Assembly (NCBI RefSeq): GCF_009914755.1
Contig: NC_060932.1
Reading direction: 5' to 3' (one strand)
DNA from: the human T2T-CHM13v2.0 reference genome, Homo sapiens
DNA length: 64,000 nt
Part shown: positions 1 to 13,558 of the stretch, in pieces
Position numbering within the stretch: position 1 is the stretch's first letter
Layout: every line of letters begins with the position of its first letter
Notes under the pieces: model-generated
What the model was told of the DNA's origin: nothing
Database searches by the model: none
Seen by the model: the letters and a program-made list of their open reading frames with translations, nothing else
Translations under genes and position numbers: made by a program

Positions 1-144
1 GGTTTTCACCCTCTGGTTAGTTCCACCTGTACAGCAGGCAAATCGTTCCAAGAAAAACTCGCGATCATTACGTTCAGTGGGACAGAGCACTATCTCCTAC
101 CCAGCTGCATAACGTGAATTACTGCTAGAAGTTAGTGCATAACT

Positions 145-255
145 TTGTAGCCCCATTTCTCAGATGAGGAACCTGAGTCAGATCTAGAAGGCTTCAGTGG
201 CTTACCCGAGGTCACACAACAAAAGAATCTGGGCTAACATTCAGTCCTCTTGATC
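145..255 (-). mobile_element. MIR SINE fragment
   Basis: ccccatttctcagatgaggaacctgag...cccgaggtcacacaac matches the reverse complement of the MIR core. Confidence 0.7.
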
Positions 256-584
256 CCTTCCCCGCTTACACCCTTTTTAAAACAGGGTTCACACAAGCTC
301 TCTTGTTGCCTGACTTCAGTGCAATGATACAGTAAAGAAGGCACCTGCGTATTTATTGTGGCTATGCCCAGGAATACTTGCTTTCACTAGATGAAAATCT
401 CTTTATGAAACCAAACTTTATATAGTTGTCTTTATATATTCAGCACCTAGCATATCTCAGTTCACTGCATGTGGTCACCGAACACTGGTAGTTCTAAGAG
501 TTGAACTAGATCACTAAAACTGGTTCAAAAACTCCAAAAAAGTTAAAAATAGGATTCCCTTGGGGTTTAACATGCTTAATAGAG

Positions 585-730
585 GCTACTATTTATTAAG
601 CACTTACTGTGTGTCAGGTAGTATTCTAAGAGCTTTACCTGGAATAAGTTATTTATCATTTACCAAACCCCAGGAGGCAGGTCCTATCATTACCCTTATT
701 GTAGAGATTGGGAAACTGAGGCAAGGCAGA
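585..730 (-). mobile_element. MIR SINE fragment
   Basis: atttattaagcacttactgtgtgtcagg...gggaaactgaggca, MIR 3' end and core in reverse. Confidence 0.75.
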
Positions 731-2055
731 GCAGCAATGTGCCATGCCCAAGATCCAAGCCCAGATAATATCACAGCAGAGCCCATGACCTTAAGATGCT
801 GCTGTCCTGCCTCTAATTAGGTATTTTCTAAATCTGCACTTGATTAAAAATACAGGCGCAGTCCTACAGATGCCTTGCTATTAAGTGAGCCAAATGGCAT
901 TTGCTGTTCCTGGCTGCATTGTAGAAGCCAGGGATAGGAGAAGCCTCAAGAAACTTGTCAGAAGTATCAATGCCCTAAGAGACATGTGATCGCCCATGTA
1001 CAAGTGGTGCTAAATGTTTCCCAAGTGACTTAGCTAAAGGAATGCATTATCCATCTCCTAAGCAACCATGAGCAGCTCAGATTGTCAGAAATGTGAGTCG
1101 GCCACCCAGAAAGGGAATTTGCTAAGAGAAGGCTGAACCAAATCAAGCTGCACGAAGACGCAATCTTCCCCAGGCCCTTCAGAGGAAAGTCCTGAACCTG
1201 ACCGGGGAGGGGAACAGAGTGATTAATAGGAACTCAAGTTAGTAATCACGCCTTCCTCCCCCATCAGAAAGTCCACACAGAAACCTCCAAAGTAGCACTG
1301 ATCGTATTGACCTAATACTCAATTCCAGTCCAGTGCAAAGAAGTCGGGTCGGGGGAATTCTCTCCTTCAGAGCCACCTAGTCAGGGCAACCAAAGTTACA
1401 GAGAAAAGAAATGACCATGACCAGGCATTTGTGTAAAGTCTCGACCACTTGGTTTCAACCCCCGAAGCAAGATGTTGGTCTTTGAGGTGTTGCAGGCACC
1501 AGCATGGTGTACCTGTGTGTTTTCCCATTTCCACTGGTGATGCGGTCTCATTATTTACCCAGGAACTGCCATTCTGGACAAGCCAATGCCCAGGAACTTG
1601 CTGCTGCTTAGCGAGCATCTCCCTCGAATCCTTGACTCCCTGGCTGGTTGACAGGTTGATAGCTATTGATCAGCTGTTGATAAGGTGCAGCCAGCCCTAC
1701 CCCTGTTCTTCTCGAGGCACCCACAGGCCACTGGCTCCACAAACATCATTCCACTAGGGGCACGAAGATAGAAGCGTAAGCATATTAATTCAGTTTTGCA
1801 AACAAAATTGTGGTCATGCCTCCGATATGAAGGTTCTTCATCTACCTTCAGGGCCAAAGATCCATACCAGCTGTCCTTATGTGGTGTGTAATGCCAACAG
1901 CTCCTGATCAGGCTAAGCCTGATAATCAGTCAGACTGCTACCCAGCAGACGCCAGCCTTGTTTCTCCCTAAATGTTTTGGAGATGGGGAGGATGGAAGAT
2001 GCAAAAAAGATAGGAATAAGTAGGAAGAGGGGGAGCAGATTTGTGGCTGTACAAG

Positions 2056-2471
2056 TGTGTTATTCCATCTGCACTGCTATAAAGGAATACCTGAGGCTGG
2101 GTAATTTATAAAGAAAATAGGTTTTTTGGCTCACGGTTCTGCAGGCTGCACAAGCATAGCACCAGCATCTGTTTGGCTTCTGGTGATGCCTCAGGAAGCT
2201 TACAATCATGGCAGAAGGTAAAGGGGAAGCAGGCATATCGCATAGTGAGAGAGGGAGCAAGAGAGAGAGGAGGAGGGTCCAAGCTCTTTTAAGCAACCAG
2301 CTCTTGCATGAACTGGGTGAGAACTCCCTTATTACCGTGAGGACAGCACCAAGCCATTCACGAAGCATCTGCCTCCACGAGCCAATGTCTCCTACTAGGC
2401 TCCATCTCCAACATCGGAGGTCACATTTCAACATGAGATTTGGAGGGGACAAAACATCCAAACCATATCCA
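2056..2471 (-). mobile_element. MSTA/MSTB solo LTR (ERVL-MaLR)
   Basis: ends ...atgagatttggagggg...aaaccatatc (reverse of the MST start TGATATGGTTTGG); perfect 5-bp TSD ACAAG at 2051-2055 and 2472-2476. Confidence 0.9.
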
Positions 2472-3677
2472 ACAAGTCAATCCCAAAGTTTTTTCATCTG
2501 TTCAAATGCACAAGAGATTTCAAAGGCAAAATTGAGGGGGAAATGCACGCTAAACTGTCAGACTCTGAATGGTTCATAGCAAAGACCTGGACCACCTACC
2601 TCCTGCTAATATAGAGTGGGACACAGGGAAGGCCTACATTGTAATTTCACTTGTCATGTACTATCTGGAAGACCTTGGGCGATTTGTAAAATATTTCTGA
2701 GACTTAATTTGTTGTTCTGCAATACTGGACTCATAAGACCTTCCTCATAGTGTTCTTGCGGGACTCATATGCACGGTACCCAGCCTAGGATCTAGCCTGC
2801 AGGATGTGCTAGGTTGGTGGCTATTCTTATCACCTCTCCCGTACAGCACCAAGGTCCACAAAGGGGTCTTCCCACTCCCGCTGGTGCAGCCAACCCATCC
2901 AATACCACCAGCCCTTGGATTTAGGAGAATCACAGTTTTCTCCTCTAATATCTCTGTCCATAGTCTCAAAATTACATTCTGTAAGTTTACTTCTGTACTT
3001 GCTTCTCATAAACTCCACAGGCAAAGTGTTCTGGGACCAAACGGATCGTAGGAATTTGGCCTGGAGAACAAAAGCCCATCAGCTCACTACACTGAACATA
3101 AGGCGGCTTGACTTCTCGATCAATCAGCCTAATGGCAGGGGACAATGTCTCCACTGGTGTTTCCTGAGTTTGCATGGAAGCCAGGAACTGGGTGTGCGGT
3201 GAGCTGGGGAGGGCGAGCATGGCAGTGAGACATGCATCTGCCCTTGGGTCCAGCCCACAGTCTTTTCATGGGTTCCGAAAGCCCATGGCCATGATATTGA
3301 CCCCACAGCCAATGCTTCACTTCAGAGATCTGTACAGACACCGCACTTCTCACCTCCTGCACCTGCTCAGAGCCCTCCAGGGGCTCAACAGCCCACCCTA
3401 CCAGGTCTAAGCTCCTCTGCTGGGCTCCAAAGTGCGGTCATCATCTGGCCCATTCTCACCTGTCCCACTTGATCTCCCCAGCCCCCCGGCACGTGCCCTC
3501 ACTCCTGGTGTTGCCCCCTGTGCCTGCAGTCATGCTGGCTTCCTTCCCGGAATCCCCTGCCTCTGGCCCCCATGCAAGCCAACCCTGATCCCCTTCCAGG
3601 CCCAGTTCCTGCCCTGCTTCCCCCATGGGGCCCACAAAGGCAGCAACTTAGTGCTGTGTCAAAAGTACCAGTCAGTA

Positions 3678-3850
3678 GCTGGGCAAGGTAGCTCATGCCT
3701 GTCATCCCAGCACTTTCGGAGGCCAAGGCAGGAGGATCAAGGCTTGATAGCCCATGAGTTCAAGGCTGCAGTGAGCAGGGATCGTGCCACCGCACATGCC
3801 TGTGCAACACAGCAACACAGCAAGACCCTGTCTCTAAAAAGAGAAAAAAA
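3678..3850 (+). mobile_element. FRAM/FAM Alu monomer
   Basis: single Alu-like arm gctgggcaaggtagctcatgcctg...ggctgcagtgagc...gaccctgtctct plus A tail. Confidence 0.8.
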
Positions 3851-4385
3851 CCACTGGTCAGACAGTCCTGGGTTCAAGCCACATCTCTGAGCTACTGTGG
3901 ACAATTTACCTAATCTTTCAGTCCTTGGTTGACTATTTGGAAAAATGTCAGTAAAAACAGTACCTATTTCATGAACTGGATGGGGGATTAGACAAGATTT
4001 CGCTGGTAAATAATCACTTAGCGGCTGGGCGCGGTGGCTCACGCTTGTAATCCCTACACTTTGGGAGGCCGAAGAGGGTAGATCACCTGAGGTCAGGAGT
4101 TTGAGACCAGCCTGGCCAACATGGCAAAACCTCGTCTCTACTAAAAATACAAAAATTAGCTGGTGTGGTAAATGCCATGCCTGTAATCCCAGCTACTTGG
4201 GAGGCTGAGGCAGGAGAATCTCTTGAACCTCAGAGGCGGAGGTTGCAATTGGGCCGAGATCGCAGCACTGCACTCCATCCTGGGTGACAGAGCAAGATTC
4301 CGCCTCAAATAATAATAATGTTAGTAATAACAACTTAGCAAAGTGCTTAGCACACGCTTAAGCCTATACAGGAAATCCTATTTTT
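3851..4385 (+). mobile_element. MIR, interrupted by AluS at 4023-4320
   Basis: cagacagtcctgggttcaagcc...gtacctatttcat... resumes after the Alu as cacttagcaaagtgcttagcacac. Confidence 0.6.
4023..4320 (+). mobile_element. AluS (Sx/Sz-like)
   Basis: full dimer with gatcacctgaggtcaggagtttgagaccagcctggccaacatgg; degenerate TSD aataatcacttagc/aataacaacttagc. Confidence 0.93.
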
Positions 4386-6883
4386 AGCTTTATTGGAGTT
4401 TCTAGACTGGTTTTAGTTGTCTATCTTGACTCTTAAACCTTCAAAAATAGTAGCTATTATTTAAATTATTATTCCCTAACCATTCCAACCTTCTATTGCA
4501 AATTCCTGGGGGCACCTCCAGTCTGTTTCACATCACTGTTACTCATTATGGTTTTTTCATATCTTAGTTTTGTCTAATTGTAAGCTAACCCCCTTTGTTC
4601 AGAAAGAGAGAGGGAGGGAGGTGGGAGGAGATTCATTTCAATTGGATAGTTACCGTTGCTAGGAACACAGTGGTTGTATAAGTGAGACTCTCTGAGATTT
4701 CATTTATTTATCTAGAAATCGGGAAAACAGCACATGCCCTATTTACTCATAACATTACTGAATGGAAATAAAATAAAGTCATATATGCACGAGCATTTTA
4801 TAACTGCAATACGCTTCACATGCAGAAGGAATCTGTTTCTCTTATTTGTGAGCATTCTGAAAGTAATCTCCATGGAGTTCCCTTGGAAAATGACTCTGAG
4901 CACTTTCCGCTCAATGAGGCCTGTGATTGTTATAGTTTATTTCTTAATTCCCAATTGGACCCCTCTGGCTCCTATGGCAATGGCTGCCCAGCAGGGCCAA
5001 TGACACCCAGCATGAAAGCCCCGAGTAGTGTAGAGGCAAAAGGTGGGAAGGCCCTGCCTGGTGAGAAGAGCTAACGATGCCCTTCCAGAGGCCCCAGTGC
5101 TGCCAACACTGCTCTATCATCCCAGACTCAATTGTCATGAGGTGGCAATGACAATCGCTGCAAATGCTTAAGATTATATGGCATCAACAAGCTCGTTCTG
5201 CCTGGGGCTCTTTGATCTATCATTCAATCTCATGTGTAGGATGATAAGACTTCTCCTTCCCTACACTTTCTCATGTGTAAGGAAAGACTTCTGGAAATCC
5301 CACAAAATCAGAGAGTCAGAGAACCAAACTTGGGCAAACCTTCAGCAAGTGTTGCCAAGTCAACCATGTCCCAAGTCCTGCAAGACATGGAGTCTAAGAA
5401 CACAAAGATGGATGCGCCACAGTCCTTCCTCTTAGGCACAGCGGAGAAGGCAGACGTGGTTATGCTTGCATGGTAGGAACTGCAACACCACCGACCACAA
5501 AGAAGGCAGGCACAGAGGTACTGAGGCAAACAAGGAGCTTCTGGTAGCTAACAGGCGGTAGGTGGAGGGAAAGGACTCTGGAAAACTGTACAGCCTTGCA
5601 TGCCATGCTAAGGGATCCAAACACTGTCTCTGCTTGATGACCAATGTCTCTTCTTCCTTCCTAACTAGAAAGAATGTTTCTCTTTGCTGCTGTTTACTTT
5701 TATGCAGGCAAAAACCTGAGAACGAGAAGTAAACAATTATGTCACCCCTAAAGTGTGGGAACCCTAGAAAGAAGGCTTCTGTCAACCTTGCATGAGTTCT
5801 ATGTGGGGTCAGGGAAGCTACGGAACGAGGCGCCGGCCGGCACAGGTTTGGGGACTGAGGACACTCTCCCCATGTCCAGCATGAGAGCGCGCTCAGGAAG
5901 CAACTTCTCCCATAATATAGGGGTGTTCCTAGTCTTAAAACTGCACCATCTCTAGAGGCCGGGATGGCTCACTACTTCCCTTCTGGCTTTCAAATGCCTG
6001 TTGGTACTTACATCCTTCTCGATCTTGTTCCAAAATAACATATCCTAAAAATAACTAAAGAATTAAGCTTTTCCCTAATCATCTATCATGACACTGAGAG
6101 CTCTGCACCTTCATCGGGATTGCGGCAGGGGTGCAGTGGGTTAGCATGGTCTGAAAACATCTCCAGGGGATTCGGATGTGCCTAGGGTAAGAATCATTTG
6201 CAGAGGGTGGATTTGAATTGTGGCATGCAGACTTGGATCACACTTCAGACACGTCTTCTCATGACCTGCCCACGAGCGTGTGTGACAGCACGTCCCAGAA
6301 CAAAACGCTGGCGCCTTTTCTCTCCATGGCAACATTGGCACTTATCTGCTCAGATGAATATCCCCAAGCTGACTCATCTGGAAGGAGGACAAATCCACAT
6401 GGCCAGCCAGGAGCCGACCCACAGGACCTCTTCAGTGAATGCCATGGGGCATCTTTGACAAAGCAGGGCTTCCTCCTTGTCGTTCACTGTGACAGCCTGA
6501 TATTCCAGGTATGTAACGTGGCCTGGAGGTGGCAAGTACAGGAGAGCAAAGTGGTTGGCCCGAGGGAGAGGTGTTTTACAATTCATCAAAAGGTGGCTCC
6601 TCAAGGCGGTGACCAGGACTTTGCTCCCCGTACTCACAGTTCAAGGGATATGGCTGCTGCTCTGCCAGTAATTATTGCTGGATGAATAAATGATTAAATG
6701 ACAACCAACATTACATTAAAGGACAAGTAGATTTCATAGTTTGTGTGAAATCTGTTTCCTTGGAAGCCTCAGGCACTGGGTCATTCTCTGCCTAACTTGC
6801 TATTTCTTCACTGGCCGCCCGTATGCTATGCCACCATGTATAACAAGGATTGCCCTTTGGAGGGACCACTCTTCTCACAGGAA

Positions 6884-7123
6884 GCAGTACTCTGGTAGTG
6901 GGAGAAGCATGGAATAAAGAGGCTAAGGAAGGAATCTAAGTTCACATCCTTCCTTTGCCACTTATTGGTTATGTGATCTTGAGCAAGTCATTTCATTTCT
7001 TTGAACATAATGGCTTCCAAATCCATAAAACAAAGGAACTAATGAACCAGGCTTGAGGGAATGAAAATGACATGTGGAAGCATTTTGCAGCTGCAAAACA
7101 CGAGACAAATGTTGGCTATTATT
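6884..7123 (+). mobile_element. MIR (MIRb/c-like)
   Basis: tttgccacttattggttatgtgatcttgagcaagtcattt...aaatgttggctattatta. Confidence 0.75.
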
Positions 7124-9519
7124 AAACCAGAAAGCAAAAATGATGGCAAAACAAAAGTTTATAAAGGCAACACTACTACTGAAGATTCAGCATCTAGTTT
7201 CTTCTTCAATATGAACAGAACATGCATGCCAAGTGTCCATCAAGGATTTGATGTTAGAACCTTGACTTGTGGTTAGTTATGAACTCATGGTCTCATAACC
7301 ACATAGGAGAATGAATGAATGATTGTTCCTCTTTTATCTGCTATAAGTTATATAATAGTGCTTTGAAACTTAGAAAACTGATGAATAATTCTCATATGTA
7401 TTTTTGCTTCTGTGACTGTTTTTAAAGAGTATTTTTTGGATTAACTGGCCCTAATTAAGTTAAATAAATTCTTATGCTATCAATGATGCACAAATAGAAT
7501 GACTATTAATGAACATTACCTATCCCGTATTAATAATTATTTTAACCTATGCCTCATTTTTAAGTTTTCATCCTAAAATCAAATTTTAATATATTATAAA
7601 TTTCTATCCTCCTTTTATATTACCTTTTCTTAATCTCTGATGGGAGTTTTAATGCATGAAGCACCACAAGTCAAAAGACAACTAAAGGTCAAAAGATGAC
7701 AAAGTCTTCACTGGGTGTGACAGTCAGTAACTTACTAAAATCAGTCTCTGTAGATGGCATTTTGTTTGCTCTAATTATATTTCCTTTTGAAATTTCAGTG
7801 TTTGATTTCGTTGGGTACTTTGTCTGCAATTAAAGCACTCAACCATTAGGGGGGCAGTAGTGCCAGGATCATGCTATGTTCAAATAAGCTGTCTAGAATG
7901 GATGAATAGATTATTTCTTAGCTGAGGAGACAGATAATTTCTTCTTCGTTTTTTTTTTTTTTAAAGAACTCTATGAAAGGAGGCATAATTCAACAGTATT
8001 TAAAAGGTCACTTTAGTTTTTAATACTTAATATAATATTGAACAGTTTTGAAACTTAATACTTCATCCTTAAATACTCAGTCACTACTTAATACAACTGT
8101 TTTTCTCCAAAAACTGAATGTAGAGTTCATCTCGAACTCATTGTGAATCCTGAGCTTGGATTCTAACACTTATTCTTTTAGCTTTTGGACTTCAGGCCTA
8201 TTGTTTCAACACACTTGCGGGTGTTGGTCCCTGGTTATCACAGCTGTGCCCTAGAACCACAAGAATTTCATTTTCTTGCTAAGCTCTTGGAGATCAGTAG
8301 GGGAGAAGCCTTTGCTTGGTTTTCTGGCTGTTAGATTAGCAAAAGGCCCTTTGGAATTTACTGACCCGTCTCCCAGGCAGAAGGGAAAAGTGACAAGACA
8401 GGTACAAGCATGTGCGGGCAGCAAACACTATGAAACTTAATGGAAGAAGTGACATTCACTCTGTCCCTATGTGGTTCCCTTAGTAATGCCTTTAACTCAG
8501 GATCAGATACAAACTGTTTTACAACTGCTTTGTTTTAATAAAAGAGCTTTTATCTTTCATTGTGGAACAGTGCATCTTGAAAACAGCATTTGGCCAGAGG
8601 GCTAGGCACGGTTTTAAACTTGCATCTAGAGATTCCTTCACTAGAGGCAACCAGGACTGGGACCACCCCACTCCGGTGTTGGCCATGAGTCGCCTCCCGG
8701 CCCCTCTGCTGCCTATGGCCAGCAACCTCGGCCCCAGGGCTTCCGCAGATCAACACTCACAGCCCCTGGAAGGAGTCACACTTTCATCTTCTGATTTTGC
8801 AAAGGAAGACATCTTTTAGCAAATCAAATGATAGTGCTGCACTCCATCTTATCTGCACATCTTATTCGTGTTTTGTTTCATTTTAAAATAAATTTGGATT
8901 CTCCTGATCAGATTTACAAGGCTGGGCAGGGGGAGGCCTTAAAATGACTCACTCTGTAAAAATGCGTTAAAAGTATTTTAAGCTTCAGAAATATATCATC
9001 ACAGTATGGAATGAACCAAATTTGTAGTCAGAGTGGATGTGTGAAGGTACACTTGTCCCACGATCTGGATCAGCGAGGTACCCTTTCTTTCCATGGCTTC
9101 ATGACTCATGGTCATTCTGCTGTGCCTGGCTCTGCTGTGGCAGGACACTCATTCCTTCGCGGGGCAGGGAATTCTACCGTCCGGCAGCTCCACTTGCTTG
9201 GAAACCCTTCCTGATGGGCTAGCATTGGCCCCATTGCCATCTTCACCCACAAGTCCCCTCCTGTCACCTGGAGTAAGTGAGCACACCCTCTCTGCCACGG
9301 ACAAACGAGCAGAGTCTTAAAAGCAGCTTTCCCCCCTCACTTGGGCTTCTCAGGCAAACTAGAACGCCTTCCTCATGAGGCCTGCCTCATCCCAGTTACC
9401 CTCTTCCAGGTGTGCTGTGGGTGAAGGCACTTCAGACTAGCTCCAGTGCTGAGCACAACACACCAGTGGGGTCCAGCCAGCGCCGGAGACAGAGCAATGG
9501 GATGCCCGCGATCGGAGCC

Positions 9520-9713
9520 CTTGCAAGTTCCTATCTGCCTCTGCTACTCACTCGCAGTGTGACGTGGGGAAAGTCAACACCTCTGTGCCTTGGTTGGCTC
9601 ATCACTTCACAGGGCCATTGCTAATAAACTGAATTAAGTGATCTGAGATAAGACCTACAGTGCATGCCTTGTACAGTGACTAGCACACGAGGATGTTCTC
9701 CATAACCTGCTAA
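9520..9713 (+). mobile_element. MIR fragment
   Basis: ctctgctactcactcgcagtgtgacgtggggaaagtca...cctctgtgcctt. Confidence 0.6.
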
Positions 9714-9715
9714 TA

Positions 9716-10258
9716 CGGAAGCCCTCCTTATCCATGAGGGATATGTTCCAAGACCCCCGGTGGATGCTCAAAACCTCAGAGGATATGGGACCCTATATAT
9801 ACTATATTTTTTCGTATACATACCTACCTGTTAAAGTTTTATTTATAAATTAGGCACAGTAAGAGATTATCGCAACACTAATAAAGCAGAAGAATTATCA
9901 CAATATATTGTAATAAAAGTTATGTGACTGTGGTCTCTCTTTCTGTCTCAAAATATCTTATTGTTCTTACTCACCCATCTTGTGATCTGTCGATCTGATC
10001 ACCAAGATGTCTTTAAGTGACTAACAGATAGGCAGTGTAGACAGCGTGGATCCACTAGATAAAGGGATGAGTCAGGTCTCAGGACAGATGGAGTGGGACA
10101 GTGTGTGATTTCATCAAGCTGCTCAGAACGGCATGCAATTTAAAATGTTCGCATTGTTTATTTCTGGAATTTTCCATTCAATATTTTTGGGCTGCAGTTA
10201 CCTGACCACAGGTAACTGAAACCACAGAAAGCGAAACGGCGGATAAGGGGAGACTACT
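9716..10258 (-). mobile_element. MER44 (B-like) TcMar-Tigger MITE
   Basis: terminal inverted repeats gccctccttatcc / ggataaggggagactact; TA-like flanks; internal attgtttatttctggaattttccatt typical of MER44. Confidence 0.85.
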
Positions 10259-11309
10259 TAATTATAAGGCCCAACCGGAACACAACAATATCACAAGACC
10301 TCAGGTCAACCCAAGTGGCTTTCACAGAGGCAACAGCGTGGTCTGGCAGCCTTGGGTCTGGTGGTCAGCACAACCAGTTAAGTCCTACGTCATCTCAGCA
10401 ATTTACTGATTCACTCATGATATTAGCTGAGCACATACTAATGGTGCTCAGAATGAAAAAGATCAGTTAAGACAGCCGCCGACCACGAGGAGTCTAGCAG
10501 GATGGACAGACGTCCCCAGCAACGAAGCCTGGCCAGTGTAGCAGGTACTGTTACAGGTACAAGCAGGGGATGCGGGAGCAGGGATGGTGCTGGGGGTGAG
10601 AGAACGCTTCCAAAGGGAGATGCCACTCTCTGGCCAAAAACCAAACCAGACCAAAAGATCACCACAGCTCCCATCGCTGACCCTCACATCAAGACCCAGC
10701 TGAGCAGGCAGCATGCCTTGACTCCGGAATGTCTGTCAGGGTAATGCTTGCCATTGTCCCCACTGCCGGCTCAAAGAAAATTCCAGAGAGCCTGCACAAG
10801 GCCTGGCTCAGGGCCACGCAGTGCCCTGCCCAGCCTGGGGCCCTCGCATCTTCCGAGCTCACACGGGCTTGCCTGTGGCACAGAGTTTCAAACTGTAGGC
10901 AGGTGTCTTTGGTATAAATTCAGAGCCCTCTGCTTCCTCTGCCCACTCATAACTTCACACTTTTCCCCAAGCTGCCTTTGCCTGGAACAGCTTCCCTAAA
11001 CGAAACATGAAGCCTCTTCTCTTTCTCTCTTTCAAAAAATCAGTCTCCTCCGAGCCCATCTGCTCTAGAAAGCCGTCCAGATAAAATGGCTGCTCTTCCC
11101 TTTCGACAGGCCACAAGACCAGTAAACATCACAGGCCCCCAGGTGTCCCCAGTCCTGCAGATGGACATCACTTCCTGCCTATCTGTCCTGAAGGAGCAGG
11201 GGAATGAGGCAGGCAAGGCTGCTCAGCTTGGCACTAAGGACTGAAGGGGAATGAAGGTCGTCCTGCAGCCCCATTGACTAGTCAAGGCAAGTGTGCAGAG
11301 GTAGGAAGG

Positions 11310-11435
11310 GATGGAGAGCAGAACGAGATGCCTGGAGCCAGGAGTCCTGGGTTCACAGCATCGTTCCTCCCTTACCCAGCATGTGACCTTGGCCAGGGTG
11401 TTCTACCTCCGAGTGCCTTCACTTTCTCACCTGAG
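11310..11435 (+). mobile_element. MIR fragment
   Basis: ctggagccaggagtcctgggttc...tgtgaccttggcca. Confidence 0.6.
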
Positions 11436-12697
11436 CACCAGGAGGCCTGATGAGAGGAGGCAAAGACAAATCTCCCTTCCCTATAGGCTGGGATTAGGAG
11501 GTGATCCCTTCTCCCTGAAACCGGGACAACTGCTCTTCCATCTAGAGTCAGGCAAGTAAAAAGTTAATGTTCTCAGTCTATAAGTAGTTCCTGCTGTTGC
11601 AGATAAAATTAAATGGCATGGCTATTTTGGTGGAGAATCAGGTAAAAATGCTGAAAAATAAACTCTCCATCAAATGCTAGTCCCTTCCCCCAACAACGTT
11701 CTTTTTTTATACCCATTTGGTATTTGCTTTTAATTCTGGCTGATTGTCAATTTTAAAACCTGATGCATAGAGTGGCTTGCTATTCCGGAGGCGTTATTTT
11801 AAGATGAAACAATGTAAATTCTGACTTTGGATGGCAGATGGCTGGCAGTTCACTGTTTGGCAAACCAACTGGTATGGTATGTTGGAAGTTCAGAGCAGCA
11901 GGAATGCGGCTCCATTGGAAACCACCACAGATGCTCGGAGGGAGCGGGGGAGGGGTACAAGCTGGTCAGGAAATTAAGAACAGTACTCTGAGCTCAGAGG
12001 GGAAAAAAGATGATAATTAGCTGAAAGTTTGCTTCTTCCAGTCTCGACTTTTTTTTTTTTTTTTTTTTTTGGTTGCTTCACAGAAAACCAGGAAGGCCCT
12101 TAGAAGTCAGCACAGAGAAAAGCTTCTAATTTTGCTTCCTATCTGTCTGTTTGGCAAAGCTCAGCCTCCATGAGATATTCAAAGGTGGGGACAAAGCAGA
12201 TAAAGAGAATATCAAATGTGTTATATAAGCGAGAGGTGCAAATGGCAGTGTTAAATAAGGAGCCTAACTCCCAGCTGATTTTTAAGATCAATTAATGAAT
12301 GATATTTTGGGGAGGAAGGATTCACAGTTTAGGGAAAGACCCACGCACATGAAATTGACAACTCCAATGTTTCTACATCCGGGGATTTCCCAAAACAAAG
12401 TCGGAGGGTGGTAATATCTACTGTGCATTTGGATTACAGGCCCAAGACAGTACACGTGATATCTGGCACGCCCATCTGCCGAGGGAATGAACTGTGCCCA
12501 AATTCACCCAGCAGTTAAGGTCTGTTCAAAGTCAATGAAGATACAGAATGCTTTTCAAGAAGGTCACTCACACTGCAAACCACAAATCGTCAGCCTCCTG
12601 TCAAGTGGAATGTAAAAACAACTCATTAGAACAGGAACTCTTGATATTTTTTGGTGTATGAGAATTAGGCTATTTTTCATTTCCTCCAAATTCTCAC

Positions 12698-12904
12698 CAT
12701 GGCTGGAAGGCAAGTGGGGAAGGTTTTGCTATTGGTCCCACAATTCTCTTCCTTGGGCACTGAAAGTGAACAGGAAGATAAAATGGCCAAGTGTGATGGA
12801 GATTCGCCAAGGATGATTTCGAGACACAACAGCATCTCCCAATCTACTCTTGCAGTCAGGGTGCTGTGACACCTTTGACGCCCCAGGAGCCTGTGTTGAT
12901 GATT
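12698..12904 (-). ncRNA. candidate spliced exon (207 nt), probably lncRNA or 5'UTR
   Basis: minus-strand acceptor ttgttgctgttttgcag|A and donor CAGCCATG|gtgaga in non-repetitive sequence. Confidence 0.4.
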
Positions 12905-13254
12905 CTGCAAAACAGCAACAATTCTATCTGGGTGTTCATGGATGACAGTCTAACCAAATCCAAAGCACCACAGTCCGAAATGACTGAATAACTCATACGG
13001 GCAGGGACAATTCAGTTACTATATTGCAATCAGGTGTTCTGGCCAGAACAAGCAGCTAATTCCAATTCTAATTCATAGCATAATTGCTCATCTGGACCTT
13101 GAGTAATGAGCAAAGGGTCTCTAGGTTTTTAAATAATCGTTTAAGTGTGTGTGGACCGTTTTCTCTGGCAGAGAACAGGGTAAGGTCTAGAGAAAGGAAA
13201 CAGTTCTCTCTGACCCCTACTCCCACCCTCAGTTAGGTAAATACATGTGTTCTT

Positions 13255-13430
13255 CTTTTGTTTTTTGTTTTGTTGTTTTGTTGTTACAGGGTCTTACTTT
13301 GTAGCCCAGGCTGGACTGCAGTGGTGCCATCAAGCTCACTGCAGCCTCAACCTCCCAGACTCAAGTCATCCTCCCACCTCAGCCTCCTGAGTAGCTGGGA
13401 CTACAGGTGGGTGCGCACCACAACAACCAG

Positions 13431-13493
<63 letters not shown>

Positions 13494-13558
13494 TGACTGC
13501 ATCTTGCTTGGTTGCCCAGGTTGGTCTCAAACTCCTGGGTTCAAGTGATCCTCCCACC
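13255..13558 (-). mobile_element. AluJ, 5'-truncated, with (TG)n expanded in the middle linker
   Basis: gctcactgcagcctcaacctccc...ctcaagt J diagnostics; TSD-like tgtgttcttc on both sides. Confidence 0.9.
13434..13492. repeat. (GT)~29 microsatellite
   Basis: uninterrupted GT run. Confidence 0.97.

Noticed and set aside
7841-7858. CTCF-like motifs here and near 1751, 16432 and 24468
   Set aside because: Each has a spacing error or core mismatch to CCASYAGRKGGCRS
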